This document shows positions 1 to 9,597 of a stretch of 64,000 bases of DNA, in pieces (positions within the stretch are counted from its first letter, which is position 1; every line of letters starts with the position of its first letter). The notes under the pieces are model-generated. The model saw only the letters and a list, made by a program, of their open reading frames with translations, had not been told where the DNA came from and did not search any database. This DNA is from an uncultured Verrucomicrobiae bacterium (GTDB lineage: Bacteria; Verrucomicrobiota; Verrucomicrobiia; Chthoniobacterales; Chthoniobacteraceae). Both the position numbers and the translations under genes were made by a program. The stretch spans positions 1,184,001-1,248,000 of the forward strand of contig CAVYKI010000009.1 of the NCBI GenBank assembly GCA_963769025.1. The letters run 5' to 3'.

Positions 1-2
1 GT

Positions 3-977
3 CTGCGCGGCCTCGGAGCTTTCGAGGCGGCGGATGTCGGTGACGACCCCCCTGTCCCGGGCCTGCATGTCCTTGAGGCGCGGGCCGTCGCCGGCCTTCT
101 TCACTTCGGGATAGAATTCGTTCGGCTGCCCGAGGGCCTCGCGGGCGATGGCTTCGACGAGCCGGCGGTGGAGGTCCTGGCGCTCATCGATCTCAGTCTT
201 CGTTTTTGCGAGCGTCTCCTTTTGCGCCTCGATCTGCGCGATGACGGCACGCGTGGCACCGCTCGCAGGGGCGACAAAATCGGGTTCCCCCGCCCTCTTG
301 CGCTCCTCCTCCATCCGTTCGTCGGCGTAGGTCTCGGTGTTGATGATCGCCTTTTGCAGCTCGGGAAGCTGCGCCATGAGCGCGTCGCGCTTGGTGTTGT
401 AGTCGGCGATGACCTGCTTGCGCGCGGCGGCTTCACCGTCGCGGATTTTTTCGAGCGCGACAGCGAGTTCCTTGCGCTTCACGGCTTCCTCCTCGCGGAG
501 TTTGTTCAGGCGTCCCTGGACTTCGGTCTGGTAGCGGTACTTGATGGCGGGCCGGTACTGATCGAGGCAGAACGGGAACGCGATGGCCACGCTCACCACG
601 GCGGCCAGCGCAAAGCGGAAGCAGATCTGCAGCAGCTTGCGCCACCAGGCCTGGAACGGCCGATACGTCGCGAGCAGGATGCGGTCGGTGTTCATGATGA
701 CGAACGCCCACGCGACCGAGATTCCGAAGACCGCGAGCCACGGCGGCTCGGCGAAGCGGCTCTTCGCGTAAAAGATCATCCCGAGGAAAGACATCACCGT
801 CGGAATCAGCACCGTGCTGCCGATCACCGCAACGCGCTCGCGTTCCGTCGCCGGGCAATGCTGGAGCGTCTCCCACCGCGCCCCGGCGAGCCAGTAAAGC
901 GGACGCATCCATTTGTCGGCGCTCGACGGCGCATCGGCTTCGGGCGGGAGAGGATTTTCGGGTGGCTGCCAGTGCAT
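3..977 (-). CDS. DUF4407-like membrane/coiled-coil protein, runs off the left edge
   Basis: Own translation from ATG 977: MHWQPPENP...LYWLAGARWETLQHCPATERERVAVIGSTVLIP..., three hydrophobic segments, NTDRILL motif, then a long coiled coil. No stop before the window edge, so absent from the ORF track. Confidence 0.65.
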   Translation of the reverse strand, partial: MHWQPPENPLPPEADAPSSADKWMRPLYWLAGARWETLQHCPATERERVAVIGSTVLIPTVMSFLGMIFYAKSRFAEPPWLAVFGISVAWAFVIMNTDRILLATYRPFQAWWRKLLQICFRFALAAVVSVAIAFPFCLDQYRPAIKYRYQTEVQGRLNKLREEEAVKRKELAVALEKIRDGEAAARKQVIADYNTKRDALMAQLPELQKAIINTETYADERMEEERKRAGEPDFVAPASGATRAVIAQIEAQKETLAKTKTEIDERQDLHRRLVEAIAREALGQPNEFYPEVKKAGDGPRLKDMQARDRGVVTDIRRLESSEAAQ

Positions 978-1057
978 GGGGCCGGGAGGGTATCGGTGGA
1001 AAGCGGATGCGCCAGATTTGAAAACCGCACAATCACGATTCCCCGCCTAACAAAACT

Positions 1058-1894
1058 TCACTCCGAGATCCCCGTCCGGGAGCAAAGCTTGTCCCGTCCT
1101 TTATCGAGCACTTTGCGCTCGGCGCGGCTCAGGCTCTGAATGCCGTCCCGGGAGATTTTCTCGAGGATGGGATCGATCTCCATGCGCATGAAATCGTCCG
1201 GGCTCATCCGCTCCATGCGCATCTCGCGCTGCCGACGCTCGAAGGCCCGGCGCTGAAACCACATCGGATTGCCGAAACCCAGTTTTCGCGCCCACGCCCA
1301 GCCGAGCACCGTGCCGGTGAGGATCCCGGCGGGACCGATCGCGCCGAGGGTGCCCGTCGCCGCGCATCCCGCGGCAAAGAGCACCATCGCGAAGGCGAGA
1401 TACTTTGCGCGGAAGCGCAGTGGGAAGAGGTGGAAGAAGGAAATGCCGGTCTCCAGTTCCGGCATGATCGTCGCGTAGGCCGCGAGGACCGCCGCGACCG
1501 CCGCGGAGAATCCGACCACCGCCACACCGCCGGTCGCGATGCACGCCACGCCGCCGATCGCATTGGCGAGCAGGCAGAGCCAGATGAATTGCACGCGCCC
1601 GACGATCGGCTCGATCTCACGCCCGGCAAACCACAGCACAAGCAGGTTCACGAAGAAATGCCCGGGCCCCGCGTGGAGGAACTGGTAGCTGAACAGCCGC
1701 CAATATTCCCCGGCGAAAAACTGCGACGCCTCGAGCCGGAGCAGCTTCAGCGGTTCATCCACCCCGGCCCACCAGAGCGTGGCCTGCGTCGTGCCCCAGA
1801 AGATCATCGTCCAAAAAAACACCAGCACTCCGGACGAACGGCCCTGCGCCCATACGCGCTGAAATGACGAGGTCTGACGTCGTGGGAGGCTCAT
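1058..1894 (-). CDS. Rhomboid family intramembrane protease with C-terminal cytoplasmic extension
   Basis: WRLFSYQFLH-x-G-x-x-HFFVN motif, GFSA serine motif, multiple TM helices, C-terminal IDPILEKISRDGIQSLS tail. Confidence 0.85.
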   Translation of the reverse strand: MSLPRRQTSSFQRVWAQGRSSGVLVFFWTMIFWGTTQATLWWAGVDEPLKLLRLEASQFFAGEYWRLFSYQFLHAGPGHFFVNLLVLWFAGREIEPIVGRVQFIWLCLLANAIGGVACIATGGVAVVGFSAAVAAVLAAYATIMPELETGISFFHLFPLRFRAKYLAFAMVLFAAGCAATGTLGAIGPAGILTGTVLGWAWARKLGFGNPMWFQRRAFERRQREMRMERMSPDDFMRMEIDPILEKISRDGIQSLSRAERKVLDKGRDKLCSRTGISE

Positions 1895-1946
1895 GAAGCA
1901 GGTCTGGGATTAATGCCCCTTTCCGCCCGTTTGTAAAAGGGGAATT

Positions 1947-2798
1947 CTACGGCACGCACAGCCGCAGTTTGCCCGCCACGCGGAAGGTCACTGGCAGCAC
2001 GCCGGAAAGCTCGCCATCCACCTCCACCGGCACCTCCTGCGCGGAGCGGACCGTCGCCTCCGCCACCTGGAAATACTCCACCCCAGCCATGCCCGTGTGC
2101 CGCCCCACGAGGACGCCCGCGAGATATTTTGCGAGGTCGAGGTAGCCGATATTCTTGAAAATGAGCACGTCCAGCAGGCCGTCATCGACGCGTGCCTTTG
2201 GAAAAAGTGTGAGCTTCGTGCCGTAGTAACGTCCGTTCCCGACGAGCACGAACGAGCCTTCGCTTTGCACCCCGCCCGCCTCGACGACGAGCTTCGGCGG
2301 CGTGCGCGCGGCGATCTGCGCGGCGCTGATGAGGTAGCTCAGCGGCCCGAGGTTTTTCTTCGATTCCCAAGTCGTCTCCTTCACCACCTGCGCGTCGAGC
2401 CCCACACCCGCGAGCTGGATGAAGTACGCGTCGTTCGCCGCGAGCAGATCGATTTCCCGGCGGCGTCCCGCACGGATCACCGCCCACGCCTCCTCCAGCT
2501 TCTCCGGCAGCGCGTGCTCCTTGGAAAAGACATTCATCGTGCCGACGGGGAGCACGCCGAGCGCCACGTCCGTTCCCGCGAGTCCGTTCGCGACTCCGTT
2601 CACCGTGCCGTCTCCACCCGCCGCGGCCACCACGCGAAAGCCCTCCCGCGCCGCCTCCGCCGCGAGCCGGCGCGCATCGTCGGGGCCGGCGGTCATCCGC
2701 AATTCCGCCTCAGGCGCCACCTCGCGCAGCACGTCCGCGAGGTCGCGCGATTTTTCGCCTCGGGCCTTGGGATTGAAAATGATGACGGTATCGGGCAC
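1947..2798 (-). CDS. Diacylglycerol kinase family lipid kinase (YegS/BmrU-like)
   Basis: IIFNPKA, AAGGDGTVNGV, LPVGTMNVF, GNGRYYG and VEVDGE motifs; GTG start inferred at 2798. Confidence 0.9.
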   Translation of the reverse strand: MPDTVIIFNPKARGEKSRDLADVLREVAPEAELRMTAGPDDARRLAAEAAREGFRVVAAAGGDGTVNGVANGLAGTDVALGVLPVGTMNVFSKEHALPEKLEEAWAVIRAGRRREIDLLAANDAYFIQLAGVGLDAQVVKETTWESKKNLGPLSYLISAAQIAARTPPKLVVEAGGVQSEGSFVLVGNGRYYGTKLTLFPKARVDDGLLDVLIFKNIGYLDLAKYLAGVLVGRHTGMAGVEYFQVAEATVRSAQEVPVEVDGELSGVLPVTFRVAGKLRLCVP

Positions 2799-2893
2799 GG
2801 CTGAGTGTGGCTGTTCTATGCACCGCGGCAGCCGTGTTGCCAGACACTTTCCGCCCTTTCCTTTGCGCACCGCGCCGCTAGCTTCCCGGCGCT

Positions 2894-4315
2894 TTGAGAC
2901 GCTTCGCAAAATATCTCGCCATCACCTCCATCGCGGTGGCGCTCCTGCCCGCCGCAGGCGGATGGTTCATGAACCGCTGGGCGCAATCCCCTGCCGGTCG
3001 CGCGAGCATCGAGGCGCAACTCAGCAGCGCGCTGCGCCTGCCTCTCAAGATCGCGAGCCTCGACTTCTCCGCATGGCGCGGACTCACGGCCAAAGGGATC
3101 ACTGTGTCCGGCCCCGATGGCATTCTGTTTGAGGCCGCCGGCATCTCGGCCAGCCACCGCTTCTTCCCGCTGCTCCGCGGCAGCTTGGCGCTAGATGAAG
3201 TGCGCATCGAACAGCCGCAGTTCCGACTCGTCGAGGATGCGGCCGGCAAATGGAAGCTCTCGCAAGCGCCGATCGCCGCGCCTACGGCCATCACCGAGAT
3301 CCCGCCGCCCGTGATCTCCCAGCCCGCGGCAACCGCGACCCCTGCGCCGCGAAAATCATCCGGCATTTCCATTGGCAAAATCACCGTGCAAGGCGGCACC
3401 GCCGAACTCATCGACAAGGCCCGCCGCCCCTTCGCAAACATCACGGGGCTGAGCATCACCCTGCGCGATGTGACGGACCGCGGCTTCGCCGGTGACTTCG
3501 CAGTCGAGCGCGCGATACTCCACGGCTGGTTCGCGCTCGAGAACCTGAGCGGCACCGCGAATCGCGCCGGGCAGGACATTCAGATCCGGAAACTCACGGC
3601 CACCGCCGGCGGAGGCGCTGTCACCGGCGAAGCCACTTGGTCCGCCGTCTCCCAAACGGCGAGCGCCGCTCTGCATCTCGAAGGCATCGGTCTCGCGCGC
3701 ACCACGCAGGACGCCGGACTCACCGGCCAGAGGATTTCCGGGACGCTCAGCGGCGATGCGCAGTTCGCTGGGCTCGGTTCCGACAAAAAGGGCATCACCG
3801 GCAAAGGCACCCTTGCCCTCAAGAGCGGCAATTGCAGCCAGATCGAGGCGCTGCGGCAAATCGGCGACGTGCTGCGACTCGCCTCGCTCGCCAATTTTGA
3901 AATCGCAGATGCGACGGCCAATTTCCAAGTCGCCAACGAGCAGGTCGTCCTCGCGCCGCTCGATGTCTCGGCACCGCCCGTCGGCATCACGCTCACCGGC
4001 CCCGCGACGTTCGACGGCACGCTGAACCTCTCCGGACTGCTGCACGCACCCGCAGATCTCGTCGAGCGTCAGGGCATCGTCGCGGGAAAATTTTCACCGG
4101 CGGATGCGCAGAACCGGCGGAGCGTGCCGTTCAACATCACCGGCCTGCTCAAGAAGCCGAAACAGAACCTCGCCGAGAGCCTCACCGGCACGAAGGACCG
4201 CAAGCAGCAGCGCATCATCGCCGCCGAGTCGATCATCTCCGCGCTCATGCAGCGCAACAAGCCCAAGGCAGAACAACCCGCGCCGCCACCGCAGCCCGTC
4301 CCGGCGCAGCCATGA
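2894..4315 (+). CDS. AsmA-like lipid-transport superfamily protein
   Basis: N-terminal TM anchor, beta-rich repeats, C-terminal GPATFDGTLNL...VPFNITGLLKKP. Confidence 0.7.
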   Translation: MRRFAKYLAITSIAVALLPAAGGWFMNRWAQSPAGRASIEAQLSSALRLPLKIASLDFSAWRGLTAKGITVSGPDGILFEAAGISASHRFFPLLRGSLALDEVRIEQPQFRLVEDAAGKWKLSQAPIAAPTAITEIPPPVISQPAATATPAPRKSSGISIGKITVQGGTAELIDKARRPFANITGLSITLRDVTDRGFAGDFAVERAILHGWFALENLSGTANRAGQDIQIRKLTATAGGGAVTGEATWSAVSQTASAALHLEGIGLARTTQDAGLTGQRISGTLSGDAQFAGLGSDKKGITGKGTLALKSGNCSQIEALRQIGDVLRLASLANFEIADATANFQVANEQVVLAPLDVSAPPVGITLTGPATFDGTLNLSGLLHAPADLVERQGIVAGKFSPADAQNRRSVPFNITGLLKKPKQNLAESLTGTKDRKQQRIIAAESIISALMQRNKPKAEQPAPPPQPVPAQP

Positions 4316-4887
4316 GGGTCGTCGGCGGCATCGCTGGCGGCATCCCGCTCCAGGTCCCGAAGACCGATCTGCGCCCGACGATGGACGTGGTGAAAAATGC
4401 GATCTTCAACAGCCTCGTGGAATTCGTCCCCGGCACGCGCGTGCTCGATCTTTTTGCCGGCACCGGCGGCCTCGGCATCGAGGCGCTCAGCCGCGGGGCG
4501 GTTTCGTGCACGTTTGTCGAAAGTGATCGCCGCGCGTGTGACAGCATCCGGCGCAACCTCGAAAAGACAAAGCTCGCCGGCGGCACGCTCGCCTGCGCCG
4601 ACGCGCTGCGCTGGGTCGAACGCAATGCGCAACCCGCGACGTTCGACCTCATCCTCGCCGACCCGCCCTACGCGCGCAGGGACGGGGAGCGCGATTTTGC
4701 AAGGGAACTGATCGCGCTCGCCGGAATCCGCAGCGCGCTTGCGCCGGGCGGGATTTTCATCCTCGAGCATCGGCCGGACGAACCGCTGCCGCTCGGCCCG
4801 GACTGGGAATGCACGCGCGACAAGCGCTATGGCGCGACTGCCGTGGCCTTCCTGCGCGCAACGCAACCTGCACCTTCCAACCCGTGA
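4312..4887 (+). CDS. rsmD: 16S rRNA (guanine966-N2)-methyltransferase
   Basis: MRVVGG...LRPTMD, VLDLFAGTGGLGIEALSRGA and DPPY motifs; ATGA overlap with the upstream gene. Confidence 0.93.
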   Translation: MRVVGGIAGGIPLQVPKTDLRPTMDVVKNAIFNSLVEFVPGTRVLDLFAGTGGLGIEALSRGAVSCTFVESDRRACDSIRRNLEKTKLAGGTLACADALRWVERNAQPATFDLILADPPYARRDGERDFARELIALAGIRSALAPGGIFILEHRPDEPLPLGPDWECTRDKRYGATAVAFLRATQPAPSNP

Positions 4888-5516
4888 CCAATCAAACCCA
4901 ACAGGAACAACACGCCGCCTTCCTCGCGGCGGCGGACCAAGCACTGTGGCAGCCCGGCGACCACGTACGGCGCGCCGGGATGTCCGAGATTTTTGCGCGA
5001 CCCGCGCCGCTGGAAATCGACTTCGGCTGCGGCGACGGCTCGTTCCTGCTCGCGATGGCGAAGCGTTTTCCGGAGCGGAATTTCCTCGGCACCGAACGCA
5101 TGCTCGGGCGCGTGGAAAAAGTTTCCCGCGCCATCGCGCGCAACCATCTCACAAACACCCGCGTCATCCGCCTCGAAAGCAACTACGTGGCGAAATGGCT
5201 CCTTCCCGTGGGCTGCGCGGAGATCGTCCATATCGGCTTCCCCGACCCGTGGCCGAAGCGCCATCACCACGAGCGGCGGCTGTTTCAGGACGAATTCATG
5301 GATTCGCTGCATCAGGTTCTCGCACCCGGCGCGGAAGTCCGCATCAAGACCGACGACCAGCCGTATTTTCTCTGGATCGAAAAAGTGATCGCCCGCGCGA
5401 AAGGCTTCGAGCGCATCGAGTGGCCCGAGGAGCCGGATTACCCGAAGACGGATTTCGAGCAGCACTTCGTGGATCAGGGCCTGCCGATCTACCGCGCGCG
5501 GCTGAGAAAGGTCTGA
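4884..5516 (+). CDS. trmB: tRNA (guanine46-N7)-methyltransferase
   Basis: LEIDFGCGDG, FPDPWPKRHH, IKTD and TDFE motifs; GTGA overlap with rsmD. Confidence 0.92.
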   Translation: MTNQTQQEQHAAFLAAADQALWQPGDHVRRAGMSEIFARPAPLEIDFGCGDGSFLLAMAKRFPERNFLGTERMLGRVEKVSRAIARNHLTNTRVIRLESNYVAKWLLPVGCAEIVHIGFPDPWPKRHHHERRLFQDEFMDSLHQVLAPGAEVRIKTDDQPYFLWIEKVIARAKGFERIEWPEEPDYPKTDFEQHFVDQGLPIYRARLRKV

Positions 5517-7798
5517 CCGCCGAGGTAAGTCTGCAGGACGAACCCGTCGTCGCGCAGTTCGACCCGCACCGCACCGCAGTGTTCCTGCTGAAACGGCACT
5601 GCCCCGACCGCGCGGACATTGCGCTCCCATTCCGCGACTCGCTCCGGCGGCGAGCCAAATGGCGGACGCGAGCAAACGGCCGCAGCCGGACGAACGGCCG
5701 ACAGGAAATCCGGCGTGCCGGAGATATCCCGCGAATGCCAGCCCGTCACGAGGACGTCCGCGCGCAGGTCGGGCTCATTTTCGAGCAGCCAACGCTCGGT
5801 GGAAAAACCCGCATCCGACGCGAGCAACACCCGGAGCCCGGCGGCCTCGATCCGGCAGACGAGCGCCTTGTCGTCGGCCTGCGGACGCACGATTTCCGGC
5901 GGCGGGAAAAGCACCTTCATCGTGACGCCAAGCCCGAGCGTGAACGTTTCACCACGCTCCAGGTAGCGCCGTCCGAACGTCGCCTCGGCCAGCCGCGCAT
6001 GGACGTCCCTGCGCACCGGCGAGCGATCCGCATACGTCGTGTCGGCCATCCAGCGCGGATGAAAATCCCCGAACACGGGCCACGCCCCGCCGACGTGCGC
6101 CGTGTCGCCGTGAGTGAGGACCACGCCGTCGAGCCGGTTCACCCCGCGCGAGCGGAGATACGGCAGCACCGCGCCGACGTAATCGCGCACACCGCCACAA
6201 TCCACGAGCCAGTCTCCCCTTCCAGCACGCACATGAATCGCCGCAGCCCTCGCCGGTTTCCAAGGCGACGATTTCGCACGCGGCTGCGCGCTCAAAACGC
6301 GGCACTTCGACGTAGATGTAGCCGCCCGGCACCTTTGAAAAAAGCGCGAGGCTCGCGAGCAGCGCCTTGGCGGCGATCCAGTTGGCCTGATTCACCACCA
6401 TCGCGAGCGCCAGCGGAAACCACTCCGCACAGCAGGCTCATCAATCCCAGCGCGAGCACGCAAAACGCGAGCGGCACCGCGACCGCATTCGCGACGATCG
6501 CGACCGGTGAGATGAGATGAAAGTAGCCAGCCATGAAAGCAAACGACCCGATCCACGCGGCAAGCGTGACTCCCGCCGCCTGCGCAATCTGCCCCCAAAG
6601 CACTACGCGCCCCCGTTCGCCGCGCGACCACAACTCGCGCGGGATGAAATCATCCGGCTGCGCCAAACGGCTCCATCCGCCGGGCGATGGGAGCCGAGAG
6701 CGCCATGATGAAAACGACCAGCACGAACGAAAGCTGAAAGCCCGGCGTGAACAGTTCGTTCGTATCCCACGCCAGAATCACGACCGCGGATGCCGCGAGA
6801 CTGTTCATCGCCACCGCGGGCCGGTCGAGCAACTGCCCGAGCAGAATGAACGACGCCATCACCGTCGCGCGCACGCAACTCGCGCTCAGTCCCGTGACCA
6901 GCGCGTACGCGCACAGCAACGGGATGATGATCACCACCGCCGCACGTCGCGAAAACCGGAGGGGCTTCAGCAGATACCACGCGATGCCCGCGAGCATCGC
7001 CACATTCAGCCCGCTCACGGCAAAAAGATGCAGCGTCCCCGTTTTTTGAAAAAGCCCCTTCATCTCCGGCGGAGTCTCGCCTCGAAGGCCGAGCACCATG
7101 CTCTCGATCAGCATTGTCAGGTCCGGTTCATCGGCCAGACCCAGCTTCAGTTTGCCACGGATCCATTCCCGCGCCGCGATCGCAAAAGTCATCGCCGCCG
7201 ATCCCCGTCCATGCCCGGTCACCGTGCAGTCCGTCGCATTACGTGCCGCGACTTCGAACCCCACACCCTTGCGCCGCAGCCAACCCGCGACATCAAACTG
7301 CCCCGGATTCGTCACCTCCTGAAGCACCCGCGCCGAGCCCTCGATGGCGACCACATCACCGTACGTCGGCGCGCTCCCGACCCATCGCACGAGGCACAAT
7401 CCCGAGAATGGAACCGCATCCGCATCGAGACGGAGCGACTCCGCCTTCAGCCAGAAACTCGCCCGCGCCTCCCCGCGCGAACCGGTGTGGCTCGCCGGTT
7501 CCGACCACACGATCCCGCTCACCGATGCCGTACGCTGGCCGCTCCGCAATAGCCCGTCGAGCGCGGCTTCCGCCGAATGGTGATGCCTCATCTCATGCAG
7601 CGCAAAGAAGGCCGCTCCAGCGAACGTGACGCACGTCCACCGCCTTGGAAAAAGGAACACCGCCAGCGCCAGCAAGACCGCCACACCGAATCCCCACTCG
7701 GCCGGAACCCGCCATAAGTCTGCCAGGAGGATGCCCGCAATCGCACCCATGCCGATGCCGAGAAATGGCTTCCTGGGACGGAGGGAGATCATCTGCAT
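5489..7798 (-). CDS. comEC: ComEC/Rec2 competence protein (frameshifted near 6650, 6410, 6290)
   Basis: NPGQFD, TGTLHLFAVSGLNV, RATVM, GFQLSF and metallo-beta-lactamase-like LTHGDTAHVGG, spread over three ORF pieces. Confidence 0.88.
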
Positions 7799-7952
7799 AA
7801 AGCCGTTTTAGCATGCGAGCAGGACAGACCGCCTGCGGCAAGATTGTTCACCGCGCGCCCGCCCACGGTCCTGAAATCTAGTGTTCGGCAGCAGTGCGCA
7901 GCCGTATCAAATTTTCGGTCGTAGTGACACCATAGTGACAACATCGTAATTC

Positions 7953-8687
7953 ATGAGACTTAACAGGAATGCTCCCGTGAAATACGCGATCCTCTGCACG
8001 CAGCGCTGCGGCAGCATTTACTTGGGCAGTGTGTTGAGAAACGCGGGCCTTGGAGTCTCCGGCGAATACTTCTATCCGGAAAGTCTGCAGGAACGCATCG
8101 CGACATGGTGGCTCGATGAAGCGTTCCGACCTCAGCCCGACGCATCGCCGAAGCAATTTCTCGACGCCGTCATCCGAGCGCAGGGAGACGTCGCCGGCAT
8201 CAAGCTCAACTGGCTTTCGCTCCTGATCTTCATGCGCGACATGGGCTGCAGGCCGGAGGACCTGGGATTCCGAATCATCTACCTCACCCGGCGGGACAAA
8301 TTGCGCCAGGCCATCAGTTGGTACCGGGCGGTCGCCACGGGAGAGTGGGCTCAAAGCGGGCAGCAACCCGCCACAGCTCCACCCTTTGACTGGACGAAAA
8401 TCAACTTCTGGCTCCAGAACATCACCCTCGACGAAGTCCGCTGGGAAAACTCCCTGAGCAGCGTCGAGAGCCCGGTTCTCCGGCTCGTCTACGAGGAGGT
8501 TTCGGACGCCACGGTCGCGGAGGTCGGCGCATTCCTCGGCAGGGAGGTGCCACCCCAAAAGCGGGAATCCTATTTGAAGGTTCAGCGTGACGAAACCACC
8601 GATCACTGGGTGGAGCAGTTCCTGAAGACGGTGGAGGCTCCGATTCTTGGATCGGACGAGATAAAGCGGGAGCTCGCCTCGCGGTGA
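7953..8687 (+). CDS. Stf0/NodH-like sulfotransferase
   Basis: YAILCTQRCGS PAPS-binding loop, GIKLNW, IYLTRRDKLRQAISWYRA..TGEW, LVYEE. Confidence 0.8.
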   Translation: MRLNRNAPVKYAILCTQRCGSIYLGSVLRNAGLGVSGEYFYPESLQERIATWWLDEAFRPQPDASPKQFLDAVIRAQGDVAGIKLNWLSLLIFMRDMGCRPEDLGFRIIYLTRRDKLRQAISWYRAVATGEWAQSGQQPATAPPFDWTKINFWLQNITLDEVRWENSLSSVESPVLRLVYEEVSDATVAEVGAFLGREVPPQKRESYLKVQRDETTDHWVEQFLKTVEAPILGSDEIKRELASR

Positions 8688-8783
8688 ACGCGGGAGCCAC
8701 CTCGTAACGGGCTCGTGGTATCCGATGTGAGCGCCGTGCGACCGATGGATTGCTGAAGGATGGAAATTCCCAGCGCGTTGCGT

Positions 8784-9455
8784 ATGATCCGACGCATGCA
8801 GCCACTCAAAGACGAGCACTTCGTGAGCTGGGAGCAGTCGCCGGAGCAGATGGATGCGCTCTGGGCGAAAGGCTGGCGTCACTTTGGTCCGATTTTTTAC
8901 CGCTACCGCCAGTGCCTCACGCCGGCCGGGCTTCGCAATGTGCAGCCGCTCCGCGTCGATGCGACACGTTTCCAGCCCGGAAAGAGCCAGCGGCGCGTGC
9001 TGCGGAGGAACGAGGACCTCGAAATCCGCGTGCGCACAGCGGAGTTGCTGGATGACCGCCGCGAGCTTTTCGACCTCCACAAGCAGCGTTTCCAGGACAA
9101 CGTGCCGAATTCGCTCGAGGATTTCCTCGGCCCCGCGCCGCACGCCGGCCCGTGCCAGACGCTGGAACTCGGCGCATTCCTCGGCGACCGTCTGCTCGCC
9201 GCGAGCTACCTCGATGTCGGGGCGACCAGCGTGTCCAGCATCTACGCGTTCTTCGACCCCCGCGAATCCGCACGCTCGCTCGGCACCGCCACGCTGATGT
9301 GGGAAATCCTGCTTGCGCGGCAGACCGGCAGGCACTGGCACTATCCCGGCTACGCCTACGTCGAACCCTCCGCCTACGACTACAAAAGGCGGTTCGGCCC
9401 GATGGAACGGTACGACTGGGATTCGTGGGAACCGATCGACGTCCCCTCGGCCTGA
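8784..9455 (+). CDS. Arginyl-tRNA-protein transferase / Bpt-like aminoacyl transferase (N-degron pathway)
   Basis: GWRHFG, KSQRRVLRRN, SSIYAFFDP, SLGT and YPGY...YDYK motifs; start could be 8760 or 8796. Confidence 0.85.
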   Translation: MIRRMQPLKDEHFVSWEQSPEQMDALWAKGWRHFGPIFYRYRQCLTPAGLRNVQPLRVDATRFQPGKSQRRVLRRNEDLEIRVRTAELLDDRRELFDLHKQRFQDNVPNSLEDFLGPAPHAGPCQTLELGAFLGDRLLAASYLDVGATSVSSIYAFFDPRESARSLGTATLMWEILLARQTGRHWHYPGYAYVEPSAYDYKRRFGPMERYDWDSWEPIDVPSA

Positions 9456-9597
9456 GGACGCGCCGCCAAGCAGCCGCGACCGCAGCCGGAACCGCGCATT
9501 CCGCCCGGCGCAGACGCCTCGCCCGGTTCCGTCCTCCACCAAAAAAGATCGGAATCGCTGAAAGATCGGTCCCGCAGTGGCCGTTCTCTCTGCAAGT

